Source: Batkoa obscura (Eukaryota). Taken from it: DNA of 64,000 bases. The stretch's first letter is position 1. Every line of letters starts with the position of its first letter. The notes under the pieces were generated by a model, which was not told the origin of the DNA, did not search any database, and saw only the letters and a program-made list of their open reading frames with translations. The stretch lies in contig JASVEC010000002.1 in assembly GCA_030770535.1 (NCBI GenBank), positions 682,001-746,000 of the forward strand, given 5' to 3'. The translations under genes and the position numbers were made by a program. Below, piece after piece: positions 34,571 through 45,730 of this stretch.

Positions 34571-36682
34571 ATGAAAAATTTAATTGCTGCACTGGCTGCT
34601 GCCAATTTAATCTTAGCCGCACCAAGCCAAGCACCTAATAAGCATGAGTTGCGCAATAACAACTTACCTATCAACAATGTGAAACCTCAAATGGCTAAAC
34701 CAGATAATAAAGAAAGTAATGAATACTTATTATTGACTGATGCGCCAGAAGATACCTTGAATGCCCCACAGGCTCCCAATGGAAAGAGTTTAAAGAAACC
34801 AAATGATTATATATTATTGCAACCTCAACCAAAGACATTTGATCCCAACGAAAATCATGATTTTGTACTATTAGAGCCAACTCAAGAACCTGATTCTAGA
34901 CCTATTGTCGAACGTAAAGGTTCTATGGATGATTTCGTATTATTAACTCCTCCCACAGATGATAATGAAGAACCTAAGCCATTAAGTGATTTATTAAATA
35001 CAATTGAAGAAAAATCACCTAAAGAAGATTTAATTGATGACAAGACTTCTCCCGACAATGCTTTAGACCTTGATAATGTATCTGATAATAATGAAAGTAC
35101 TAATAGAAAGAGACCCAATTCTTATAAAAAAGGATACGGTAATAACGGATATAAGAAGAAAGGATATGGTAATAATGGATATAAGAGGAAGCCATATGGA
35201 AGCAATGGATATGGAAAACAAAGATTGTGTGATGGTGGCGCTAAGGGTGATGCTAATAACAAAGTAAGATGTCTACCACCCGTTGACTTATCGACTGCTG
35301 TTCCTTTCCTTCCTGGCCCTGCTATTGTTGGTGATGATATTGATATTGATATTGATATTGATGGTAATGGTGATATTGATCCTGGCTTTAGTAAAATTCC
35401 AGCTGGAGGTGATATTGATCCTGGCTTTGGCAAAATTCCAGATGAAGGTGATAAAAAGAACGATAACAAAGATGATAAACATCCTTCAGCATCAACTAAA
35501 GAAGCCGATAGTAAAAAACCAGAAGATAAAAAGGATGACAAAGTAACTTCTGATGATGTTGATGACATTCTCGAAGGTGGTGATAAAGATAATAACAAAG
35601 ATTCTACTCCTGTCAAATCTGATGATAAGAAAGGTGAAAAGAAACCAGAAGGAATAAAACAAACCGCTCCTATTACATCAGGAAACAAAGATACTAAAGA
35701 TAAACCAAAGAAAGAAGAAGATTTAAGTGATCTTTTCACTGGTATTGATGATGACATTGAAGTTCATAGAGATGATGATAATATTGATGCTCATAATGAT
35801 AGTAATGCTACTGATAATACTGATAATGCTGATATCACCGATGATCTTATTGTTGAGTTACCAAGTGAAGATAAACCAGTTAAAGGTGATTCTAATAAAC
35901 CAAAGGATTATGCTGATAAAAATGCCTCTTCTGGAAAAGATAAACCAAAAGATACTTCTTCTGGAAATGACAAACCAAAAGATACTTCTTCTGGAAAAGA
36001 TAAACCAAAAGATACTTCTTCTGGAAATGACAAACCAAAAGATACTAAAAATGAATCAAAAGATGATAATTTGATTGGTATTTTCCCGGATGAAGATGAT
36101 TTAGCTAAAATTGATTTAGATGGTGAAATTGAAGATGACGGCTTCATTGGTATCTTCCCAGGTGAAGATAAATCAACTAAAGCTGATACTAATAAACCAA
36201 AAGATAATAATGACAAACCAAAAGATAATAATGACAAGCCAAAAGATAATAAAGATAAACCAAAAGATATTAATGACATCGATGATTTTATTGGTATTTT
36301 CCCAGGTGAAGATGATTCCACTAATGTTGATTTAGATGGTGATAGTAAAAACGATGATAATATCGATGATTTCTTGAACTTAGTTGAAGAACCTAATAAA
36401 GCTCCTAATAAGGATTCTGATAAAGAAACTCATCCTTCGAGAGGAGGTGCTTCTGGAGATAATAAACCTCATGATGGAAAACAAAAACATGGTAGACCAG
36501 GGTATGGAAAACCAAGTTATGGAAGGCCAGGGTATGGAAAACCAAGTTATGGAAGGCCAGGGTATGAGAAACCAAGTTATGGTAGAAAACCATATGGTAA
36601 ACCAAGTTATGGGAAACCAAATTATGGTAAATCTAGAAGAATAAGACCAACTCCAATTGCTAAGCTTGATTTAAAATTATAG
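34571..36682 (+). CDS. Secreted repetitive protein (703 aa): acidic D/K-rich body with two basic Gly-Tyr-Lys repeat blocks
   Basis: ATG 34571 starts signal peptide MKNLIAALAAANLILAAP. Repeats include KKGYGNNGY, GDIDPGF x2, DKPKDTSSG[KN], DNNDKPK, GIFP[GD]ED x3 and GRPGYGKPSY. Confidence 0.88.
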   Translation: MKNLIAALAAANLILAAPSQAPNKHELRNNNLPINNVKPQMAKPDNKESNEYLLLTDAPEDTLNAPQAPNGKSLKKPNDYILLQPQPKTFDPNENHDFVLLEPTQEPDSRPIVERKGSMDDFVLLTPPTDDNEEPKPLSDLLNTIEEKSPKEDLIDDKTSPDNALDLDNVSDNNESTNRKRPNSYKKGYGNNGYKKKGYGNNGYKRKPYGSNGYGKQRLCDGGAKGDANNKVRCLPPVDLSTAVPFLPGPAIVGDDIDIDIDIDGNGDIDPGFSKIPAGGDIDPGFGKIPDEGDKKNDNKDDKHPSASTKEADSKKPEDKKDDKVTSDDVDDILEGGDKDNNKDSTPVKSDDKKGEKKPEGIKQTAPITSGNKDTKDKPKKEEDLSDLFTGIDDDIEVHRDDDNIDAHNDSNATDNTDNADITDDLIVELPSEDKPVKGDSNKPKDYADKNASSGKDKPKDTSSGNDKPKDTSSGKDKPKDTSSGNDKPKDTKNESKDDNLIGIFPDEDDLAKIDLDGEIEDDGFIGIFPGEDKSTKADTNKPKDNNDKPKDNNDKPKDNKDKPKDINDIDDFIGIFPGEDDSTNVDLDGDSKNDDNIDDFLNLVEEPNKAPNKDSDKETHPSRGGASGDNKPHDGKQKHGRPGYGKPSYGRPGYGKPSYGRPGYEKPSYGRKPYGKPSYGKPNYGKSRRIRPTPIAKLDLKL
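35926..36045 (+). repeat. 30-bp coding tandem repeat (~4 units; DKPKDTSSG[K/N])
   Basis: Direct repeats of TCTTCTGGAAA(A/T)GA(T/C)AAACCAAAAGATACT. Confidence 0.9.
36491..36630 (+). repeat. 30-bp coding tandem repeat (GRPGYGKPSY decapeptide, ~4.5 units)
   Basis: GG(T/A)AG(A/G)CCAGGGTATG(G/A)(A/G)AAACCAAGTTAT x3, followed by degenerate units. Confidence 0.92.
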
Positions 36683-36892
36683 TCATCGGAAGTTAACTAT
36701 AATTTAATAAATTTATTTATTTTTATAAATTATTCTTAGAATTTTGTTTTATTTTTATTTATGCGTATTTTTAAAAATGTTTGCCTGAGAAGAGATAAAA
36801 GGTTAAATTAAGCTTCAATTAAGGCCTATTTTCTAATTTCAAAAATCTTATGAAGTGGCAGATTCTTTTATTTTGAGTTGACTTTTATTAAT

Positions 36893-36988
36893 GGGGATGT
36901 TTTTTTGTTTAAGAATTTTACTAACAACCTTTCCACTTAATAGCGCTTAAAAAAATGGAAAAATAATGAAATCAAAAAAAACATCCCC
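36893..36988. mobile_element. MITE family copy
   Basis: GGGGATGT...ACATCCCC. Confidence 0.9.
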
Positions 36989-37690
36989 AATAAATAAAAT
37001 TTTAAATGGTTAAATTCAAAGTTCTAAGGAGAGAAGAATGATTCAATATTTATAGCTACAGATAATTTCTTTGACCACAAGCTTAATTCGAACTCCAATC
37101 TATTCAGTTTAAGCTACCTATTGTACATTACATTATCTGGTAGTTATAGAAGAAATATAATTATTATATGTAATTATAAGTGGGGCTTTTTTAAAAAAGA
37201 ACTTTATAATATTAAAATCAATTTCAAACATATTATTTCAATAATTTTATAATATTGCTATTCGATAAACTTAAACTATCAAATAATAATAAAAATACCT
37301 TTATTTTTATTATTATTTTAGTACTGAGTTGATTTAAAGATACCGTTAAAAAGATATAAAACAAACGTACTTATATAGTTGGACTTTAATGATTATAATA
37401 ATATAATAAGATTGTCAAATAAATTTATACTTTCGTATCTTTGAGTAATAGCTTATCTATATTTAAAAATAATAACCAAAATTTATTCAATAGGATTATA
37501 AACTGCCATTGAATTAATGAATATAAATTTAAAGATACTAAAAATCAATATTTAAAACTAACTGAAAAATGAGATTTTGATTTTCGGAAATTAAAAAAAT
37601 TCAAAGAATATAAATAAACTTTTGTTTATTACAAACCCACTTTTAACTCAACTATTTAATTTAATAATTCCTTGCATCTCTTATTTAATA

Positions 37691-38008
37691 ATGAAATATA
37701 TAACCATTATCTTATCATTACTTACTTTAATTCATTCGAATACAGCACAATCTATTGCAGAGATAGGTTTTAATACACCAGAACATGCAGCTACTTTAAT
37801 GAAACCAGAAGCTAAAATAATTAATATTGATGAAAGATATGATTATTTAATGCCCAAACAAGAAGAATTTAACAACTTAAATGATTTATATTTAATTTAT
37901 TTAGATGTTACTACGGGTAATGAATACTATAAAGTTCACGTTAAAGAAAGAAAGTTTTCAAAATTATTAAACGAGTTATTATTCTTTGATAATTTTTTTA
38001 AAGTTTAG
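37691..38008 (+). CDS. Small secreted protein of unknown function (105 aa)
   Basis: ATG 37691 starts signal peptide MKYITIILSLLTLIHS. TATAAA at ~37609. Confidence 0.65.
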   Translation: MKYITIILSLLTLIHSNTAQSIAEIGFNTPEHAATLMKPEAKIINIDERYDYLMPKQEEFNNLNDLYLIYLDVTTGNEYYKVHVKERKFSKLLNELLFFDNFFKV

Positions 38009-38079
38009 ACTAAATTGAATAAAATTATTTAAACAAAATCAATATTTATTATTGTTATATTACTATTATTTTATTACTA

Positions 38080-39969
38080 TTATAAAAAATCTTTAAAATA
38101 ATTAAATATCTTGGACATTCTATTTAACTTAGAATATGATGGATATCTAATAATTGGTTTTGATTGGCCATAAAAAATGATTGAATAATTAATGAATTTT
38201 CCATGTTTAAAATTATGATGGTGAATATCTTTAACTTTTAATTTCCATTCACCAACAATTGGCTCATCAAAATGTTTAACTGTCATTACAGTCCAATCTT
38301 CAAAACCTTCATTAGATTTATCATAAGGTCTAGATTCAATGACTTTTGATACAATATTATTAGGTGAAATTAATTCCATTTCAACATCTCTTCTTCTGTC
38401 ATGTTTAATATTAACTTTAATAGTAACATGTTCCAAAGTATCAAAGTTATTACTATTTACCATTTCAGGAGTAACAATAATAGATGTCAATAAACCATCA
38501 TTAGTTTCTGGAATTCTTTCATCTACTTCAATTGTAGGTATCTGGATTTGAGTTTGTGGACGTACGTTTTGGAAATGAATAGCAGCATCAATGAACCTAC
38601 TAGCATCCATTTTACCATAACCAAACATATTTGAATAAGGTCTTCCAACGTAAGTAGTAGCCCAAGATGGATGATCTAAAGAAACAGGTACTGAATTTTG
38701 AATAATCAAATGTTGAATATCTCTCCAAGAAAGATCAGGTCTAGCTTCTAAAGCTAAAGCTACTACTCCAGAAATTAAAGGACCAGCAGCACTAGTACCC
38801 GAATGTTTTGAAGTACATTTACCATTAACATCCGTAGTAAATATAGTATCTCTACCATTATCATCTCCTGAATAAGTCACTAAAAGTAAAGCTGAGCAAC
38901 CTTCTGAATATTTCGGTATTTTATTGTATCGATCAATAGCACCCACAGCAATTGTATAAATAGAATTAACATAACCATCAAAATTACAATTATCTTTATA
39001 TAAACCCCCATTACCACTAGCAAATACATAAACATTACCTCTACCTTGACGACCATTAGTAATTGAATTTATTATACTTTTTTGAGCTATTTTGGATGGT
39101 TCACCAATACTTTGACCATCATCTTGTGGTCCCCATGAACAAGAATAAATATCATTTAAATCATTACGATAACTTAATGCACTTGCTTCTGAATGAGCAT
39201 ATAATGGGGCTGATAATGCCCGAATACCACTCACTTTAGAATTATAGGCAATACCTACCCCACAAGCATTATCTTTGGCTGCACTAACTTCACCAGCACA
39301 TCGAGTTCCATGGGAATCACTACCTAATTTTGGTATTGGATCAGTACTATTGGTATTAAAATCATAACTTGCTAATGGATCATATTTATAACTAAATTCT
39401 TCATTTAAATGATCTAAACCATCATCAACAAAAGCAACCGTTATCCCCTTTCCAGTTAAACCCCTTTCCCATACAGGTAATAGATTCAAATCATTGCCTT
39501 TATTTCTTTTATTTAATATATGCCATTGATGACTAAAACCAGGATCTCTTATATTTAATTCACTACGTGCTTGTAATTCTCGAACTTCTAGTTCTCTTTT
39601 ATTAAGTTCTCGGTGAAACAATTTGGGTAATATTCTTCTTTTATAAACTTTAGAAATCTCTTGATGTTCAATATCTAATATATTTTTAGCTATATGATCC
39701 CCAAATTGTTGTTGGTGTTTTTTTATCATTAAGTTGATTCCTTCTTTTTCTTCATAATGGGCTACTTTGGCTTTGTATAGATAATGGTTGGGAACACTTA
39801 AGACTGGTTCTTGATATTCTAAATTCAGCGATGAATCGATTCTTTTTGGATCCAGTCCAGGAGATAATTCCAAGACTACAAAATGATGCTTCTGTTGGTC
39901 AACAATTTGAGTTGCTTCAATTAAGTTGCTTGTATATAGTGCTAGATAGAATATCGAAGAAAATAGCAT
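38080..39969 (-). CDS. Kexin/furin-type proprotein convertase (S8B) with P-domain and no C-terminal TM anchor
   Basis: Signal peptide, propeptide ending VYKR, catalytic VDDG / HGTRCAG / GNGG / GTSAA, P-domain (LEHV...LISP...GEWKL). The protein ends ~27 aa after the P-domain. Confidence 0.93.
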   Translation of the reverse strand: MLFSSIFYLALYTSNLIEATQIVDQQKHHFVVLELSPGLDPKRIDSSLNLEYQEPVLSVPNHYLYKAKVAHYEEKEGINLMIKKHQQQFGDHIAKNILDIEHQEISKVYKRRILPKLFHRELNKRELEVRELQARSELNIRDPGFSHQWHILNKRNKGNDLNLLPVWERGLTGKGITVAFVDDGLDHLNEEFSYKYDPLASYDFNTNSTDPIPKLGSDSHGTRCAGEVSAAKDNACGVGIAYNSKVSGIRALSAPLYAHSEASALSYRNDLNDIYSCSWGPQDDGQSIGEPSKIAQKSIINSITNGRQGRGNVYVFASGNGGLYKDNCNFDGYVNSIYTIAVGAIDRYNKIPKYSEGCSALLLVTYSGDDNGRDTIFTTDVNGKCTSKHSGTSAAGPLISGVVALALEARPDLSWRDIQHLIIQNSVPVSLDHPSWATTYVGRPYSNMFGYGKMDASRFIDAAIHFQNVRPQTQIQIPTIEVDERIPETNDGLLTSIIVTPEMVNSNNFDTLEHVTIKVNIKHDRRRDVEMELISPNNIVSKVIESRPYDKSNEGFEDWTVMTVKHFDEPIVGEWKLKVKDIHHHNFKHGKFINYSIIFYGQSKPIIRYPSYSKLNRMSKIFNYFKDFL

Positions 39970-42212
39970 GGCTGATATGAATTGATATGGATTAAATTAA
40001 GATAAAGTATCAAAAACACAATATGAATAATTTAATAAAAATAGGAATAAACCTATGTACAATAAGTATATATATACAAATGAATACTTCTAATTAATGT
40101 AATTAATTACTAGCGTTATATACTTTTTAATAACAATTGAAAAATACTACAATTAATAAATTAACTAATAAATTTCTCCTTTATTTGAATTCTACTATTA
40201 CTTAATTTGTCCTTTTTTTAAAAATAATTTGTTATTGTTATTCCTTCAATTTGAGCAATTATTATTTGAGTTTTTATAAAATTATTACTCATTTTTTATT
40301 GCTTGTTTTGAAAGTTCTTAACCCATTTTATGCCCCCTTTCAGTATTTACGGAAATGTAACTAGCATCCAAAATACTCCGTGAATTTGCAAACTAATTAT
40401 AGTTTTGCAAAATTGGTTCAGAAGTTGTAATAAAATTAATGATTAAATTATTAATAGCTAGCGGATATATTAGATTGCAATGAAATAGTTGATTGACTTT
40501 AAAATTTAAAAAGTGGAATTCAATTGTTTTTATTTGTTGTAAAAAAAGAGACCCATTGTTAGGGAAAATAAAAGTCAAAAGTGACTTGTATTTCCAAACT
40601 TTGGAATTTGATTCCTGTTTTCTATTGAAATTTTCTAAAAACGAGGAAATCATTAATATGCATTAAGAAGGAAAGAGGAATTCTTTCTGCAAAGATTCTT
40701 ATATAGTGTCAAAGGAAAAAGGTATTGATGTAAAGTTTTACAATTAAAACAAATTTGGTATGGAAGGAGTTAATGAGCAGCAAAATGGAACATATAATCA
40801 TGTAGTAAGTTAATTTGTTGAAATTTAAAGAAACATGAATAGTAATCTAACTCAAACGATACATAAAGAGCTAATATAGGCGAAAAATATTAATAAATAC
40901 AATTTTTATTCTCATTTAAAAAAGTTTATGTACAATTAGTTTTTGATGGTAGAAATTATTACTCTCAAAGCTTTAGTCTCTTTTTTGATTTTTTGGTGTT
41001 ATATGTTATAATAATATTATGAATAGGTCATTTATTATATATTATAGTAGTCTTTTGGATACTATACATAATCTCAGCTCATCATATTTTTTACTAGAGT
41101 CTAATTCTTCCAATTTGATCTAATTAAGTAAAAATTTCGTATTCAGTTGAGCTTTCTGTTTAATAAAATTTTGCACAAAGGAGAGCAAACCATTTACTAT
41201 AAACCAAAGCACTTGGTATTTCATAACTTCCAAGAATTAAAAATAACGGATAAAGCGAATCAATTATCCAATCTCTAGCATTTCCAATGTTGAAATATCA
41301 CATTGAATTCAATACTAGTTATTTTAATGACAATTTGCATCAATGGAAGCCATTCTTGCTTATCTTGATAGATAAAATAACCCACTTTCATCTTTTAAAT
41401 AAGTCAACTTCCCATAATCATATAATTCATTGTTTTTCAACCTACAGCAGGTAATAGTACTCAATCTAGGTATCAAAAAGTTAGAGGATTGTTACCTTCA
41501 TTTACTCTTACAGTGTTGCGGTATTGCATAGTTTTTAACTATAGCATGACATTTGCTTCCATGCTCATCACATGGTCAAAGTCAGTAGATTTCAAGTGAA
41601 AGTGTTTGCAATGTAAGGTTTCGAAGAATTTAAGCATGTGAGCACTTAATTATATGTTAGGAAAAAGACTAAACTGTAGCTTTCCAACATGCATTTTTTT
41701 AGATACATAGATTTTTGAATTGTTTTTATAGTGGTCTTTTGCATTTTGTAATAGCAATACTATATAGTATTCGTTATGATGATATAATGTTTATTACAAG
41801 TTTGAGATTAAAAAACAATTTGAAGTAAAAAATAAATCTATAAAGACAACACAAGTAAAAAAATGCTTTGAACTTTAATCTCTAAGTTCATGTAAATTGA
41901 GTTACATGGATGTGGTTGAAGGATATTGAATCCTTAAAAGGAATGATGTTTTATATGTTTGCCACTCAGGATAATTGGTTAAATTCAATCTAGAAAAAAT
42001 TCGGGTTGTTTGTTTCAAGATATTGCCCACTTTAATTGAGTATAAATTTCAAAAAAATTCTTTCATAAACAAAAAATATATTAACCTGTTTATTATTGAG
42101 ATTAAAAAAACAAAATGTCAGATTTTATTAACATTAATTTCAATTTATTATAAAAAAAACTATATCCATTCTCTTTGACTTCCATCAATAAAAAAATCTT
42201 TATAAATATACT

Positions 42213-42398
42213 TTAGTTCTTACCAGGGGGATAACGAACAAAGAAAGGATCATGTTGTTTAGCATTAGGTACTCGATTATGATTTAAGCCGTTTTTAAAA
42301 CTTCTTCTTAAATAAGGTCGATGAATGGGTAGTCCATTGATGTTAGGCAAAGTTAAGCCAATTACTAAAGCTACTAGAAAGGTACTATTTTTAATCAT
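42213..42398 (-). CDS. Small secreted cationic peptide (61 aa), putative
   Basis: Signal peptide MIKNSTFLVALVIGLTLPNING, then LPIHRPYLRR-SFK... TATATAA upstream on the minus strand. Confidence 0.5.
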   Translation of the reverse strand: MIKNSTFLVALVIGLTLPNINGLPIHRPYLRRSFKNGLNHNRVPNAKQHDPFFVRYPPGKN

Positions 42399-42661
42399 TT
42401 TGATTGTTGTATTTAAAAGAGAAAATATCAATGCTTATATAATGCTAGCAATTTTAAAAAATTATCGAATCGTTGATCAAATCCCTCATTTATATCTCTT
42501 TTTAAAAATTGATTCATTAAGTTTTTACACTGCTTCAAATTAGCAGAATGAGAGTTTGTTTCAGTGTTTTGAATTGAGATTACAAGAAATGATTACAATG
42601 AATTTAATTTATTGTTTAATTGTTAATTTTTATTAAAATCAATAATATACATACAACTTAT

Positions 42662-42760
42662 GGGGATGTACTTTTTTGTTTAAGAGCTTTACTAACAACC
42701 TTTCCACTCAAACAGCGCTTAAAAAATGGAGAAAATGATAAAACTAAAAAAAACATTCCC
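42662..42760. mobile_element. MITE family copy
   Basis: GGGGATGT...ACATTCCC with a non-palindromic TTAT TSD on both sides. Confidence 0.9.
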
Positions 42761-44125
42761 TTATTGTTAAAAATAAAAAGTTCAAAAATTCAACTTTTTA
42801 TATTCTTTTTTCAGTTTCTTACTTTTCTGAACAAATACGAAACGCAATGGTATAGAATTGCGTCAGTAAAGCGCTTTTAGGGTATTTGTTAATATTTTTT
42901 TTCTCACAATACAAGGATTACTGTTACAACCAATATCCTCTCTATTTTTAAAAAATATACTCACCAGGCTTGTAGGAAAACTAATATATATATAGTAACA
43001 ATAATGACACATAAATAAATAAACATACACTTAATGCATTAATCAACTACATTTTGTACATTTAAATTTATTTTTATGGAATCATAAATCCAGAGTAACT
43101 CAAAAAATTATTCTTTTTAAACTTAAATTCAAAATTAAATGAATAACTACTCCCTTTCTTTACCAAATGTTTTATACTAAAAACTAAACCATGGGCAATA
43201 CTACCACTCCTATTCTCTTATAATTTAATGCTTATCGTATCTATTTCCACCAACTTTAAATCTTAAATAAAAACTAACTTTTTAAAAAGTTATAAATAAG
43301 AGGTTATACTATAATTGTCACAAAGTTGTTAATCAATATCAAAGCTGGAAGCTAAAAAAGTAACACTTTGGGCTTTTTAAAATGAAAAGTAGAGTAATCT
43401 TTGACCTGAGCTCTTTATATATATGAGTTTAGATTTGCAATGCTTGACTATTGCTTAACATTCACTTCCTAAAAGGTTAGCTAAGATGATCAATTAGCTT
43501 TTAAAGAATAGATGTTGTTGTATAAGAGGTAATAGTGTCAATCTAAGAGTCTGTGTGTTTATGGAATTATTGTACTTATTTTGAGAAATTGATCTTTTTT
43601 CGTAATAATTATAATTAAAGATTCCATTAGGCATCGCTTTTATCCCTAATCTTTATCTAACCTTTCCTGGGACCATTGTATTTTTTCGATTCCCTCGGGC
43701 CCTTACAAGGTTAATAAGATAGCGAAGGAAAATATAACGCTACTTGAAGGCTTCCACAAGGATTTTGTTGCTTGTTTCTTTTTTTCAGTACTGTGTGCAA
43801 TCTATTGATATCACACCAAAACGGCATTTGCGGATAATCCCAAAATTCCTCATTTATAGCTCTCTTTATTGAATGGAGGACAGCTTGGAATGACGACTTC
43901 AATTTTGAAGTGGCAAGACTTATTAAGAAAAAGAAAAATAACAATAGTCTTCTATTGTGGCCTAGTTTTCCGTCTGTTTAACTTTCATGTTAATAAATTG
44001 CTCACTCAGGAATAGTAGCTTCTTTAAGAACATAAAAAAATTAATAAAGATTAAAAATAAGTTCATTAAATATGGATGATGATTATGATATACTACAATA
44101 TACAAATATAGTTCCAATGACATTT

Positions 44126-44226
44126 AAGGATGTATTTTTTTTTGTTTAAGAATTTTACTAACAATCTTTCCACTCAAATAGCGCTTAAAAAATGGAAAAA
44201 GTAATGAAATAAAAAAAAACATCCCC
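44126..44226. mobile_element. MITE family copy, just 3' of the S28 gene stop
   Basis: AAGGATGT...ACATCCCC, ATTT TSD on both sides. Confidence 0.9.
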
Positions 44227-44248
44227 ATTTATTAATTCATACTACTTT

Positions 44249-45730
44249 TCAATACCTACGATTAACCCAACGGTCAATGGTATCAATCATGACTTTATGA
44301 GCATCTTGTAATGATTGTGAATCTTTAGGATTTGGAGTGCCCAAATCAGTAACATGAGAACCATCTTTAATTATTAAAACAGGGCGATTTTTTCTGGATT
44401 GCTTTATGTCAGTAACTGATAACTGAGACCAAGGATCTTTATCACCATTAGTGAAGATAATACGATCAGTACCAATATGTTTGGCACCGTGACGGTAGTT
44501 GATACGGTTAGTGTCTGGTGGGCCTACATATTTACCGTATAATTTGCTGGAACAAAAGAAATTATTGAACCAATCAACAGTTAAGTATTTAGAACGAGTA
44601 GATTTTTGTGCAGATACATTTGCAGATGGGGCAGTTTGCCAGTATCCAAACTCAGTACAGCACTGATAATTCCATTGGCGCATGATCGAGTCTTCACCTG
44701 GTGTTGGGTTATTTAGATCAGCTTCGGAAGCAAAAGCAGGGCAGGTGAATCCATTGTTTTTATAGAATAGTTGGAAGGTATCAACTACATTCTTTAATTT
44801 GTCTTCTACTGAGGCTTTGTTTTTGAAACCATCACAGAATGAAGTTACTGAAGGGTTGGAAGTTGGACGACTATATTGTACCATATAAGCTAAAGTATCA
44901 GCAACAGTATAAAGGAATTGAACATCATCTTTTAAGTCTTGACAACCGAAACTATTTTTGATTTGTGAAAATTTAGCTTTATCGGTTTCATAAAGTTTAT
45001 CAACATATTGAGTAACTTCATTCATACTATCTAAACATTGCTCACCAAGTACTTTACCAACAGTAAGATCATACTCGAAAAAGTCCGACTTAGCTTCAAC
45101 TGGGCCACTAGAGGCAATAGCACCATCAAAGATATCTGGATAATCTTGACGAACCCAAGCGGCCATAGCACCAGCATAGGATCCACCAATAGCATACCAT
45201 TTAGTACTACTTGGTAACTTTCTCTTAGTTATTGGATCTTCTATGTTTTTTGTAAATTTCCCTAAATCCTTTAATCCATAGTCTGAAGATAAGTATTTCA
45301 AGGTAGTAGCATTTAAACTCTTGAATGGCAACGATACACCATAATAACGATGTTCTAAGGAGAATAAAATACCATTATGTTTTTTAGCTAAATAAGCACC
45401 AAGGCCACGAGATACTTGGTAAGGAGAGTTAGCAGATTCTCCAGAAATATAAAGGAAGGAAGGACCTCCTGGTTTGTAATAATCAGCATTGACATAGTAT
45501 CTTTGTTTAAAAGTATCTTTATTTTTGTGATCAATAGATTGATCAAAAAACTTGGGATTGTAAACACCAGGCTGATAATCGTCTGAAGCGATAGCAGCCA
45601 TACGTGAGTTTACATTGAAAACTTCTGGAACTATGTCATCATTAATAGTTAGCTCTGGGGGCACAAGATTGACGGCACTGACCAGTTCAAGGGCTAAAAG
45701 CAAAGAGATCAAAGAGAAATTGGCTTTCAT
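44249..45730 (-). CDS. Secreted serine carboxypeptidase, family S28 (copy A)
   Basis: Signal peptide, FDQSIDH...FKQRY, LEHRYYG, nucleophile GGSYAG, NGDKDPW, GSHVTDL. Confidence 0.95.
   Translation of the reverse strand: MKANFSLISLLLALELVSAVNLVPPELTINDDIVPEVFNVNSRMAAIASDDYQPGVYNPKFFDQSIDHKNKDTFKQRYYVNADYYKPGGPSFLYISGESANSPYQVSRGLGAYLAKKHNGILFSLEHRYYGVSLPFKSLNATTLKYLSSDYGLKDLGKFTKNIEDPITKRKLPSSTKWYAIGGSYAGAMAAWVRQDYPDIFDGAIASSGPVEAKSDFFEYDLTVGKVLGEQCLDSMNEVTQYVDKLYETDKAKFSQIKNSFGCQDLKDDVQFLYTVADTLAYMVQYSRPTSNPSVTSFCDGFKNKASVEDKLKNVVDTFQLFYKNNGFTCPAFASEADLNNPTPGEDSIMRQWNYQCCTEFGYWQTAPSANVSAQKSTRSKYLTVDWFNNFFCSSKLYGKYVGPPDTNRINYRHGAKHIGTDRIIFTNGDKDPWSQLSVTDIKQSRKNRPVLIIKDGSHVTDLGTPNPKDSQSLQDAHKVMIDTIDRWVNRRY

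Noticed and set aside
34695..36644. Many overlapping alternative-frame and antisense ORFs within the repeat-protein gene (also in the ABC, MFS, S28 and OPT genes)
   Set aside because: These are shadow ORFs produced by codon bias and repeats of the main CDS.
40393..41700. Slightly GC-richer stretch with broken minus-strand frames (also 43680-43980)
   Set aside because: No recognisable motifs or consistent frame. A pseudogene call cannot be supported without a homology search.
42620..42880. Short ORFs that share peptide similarity (also 47132, 50559, 58276, 58414, 59725)
   Set aside because: The similarity comes from translated MITE sequence, not a protein family.
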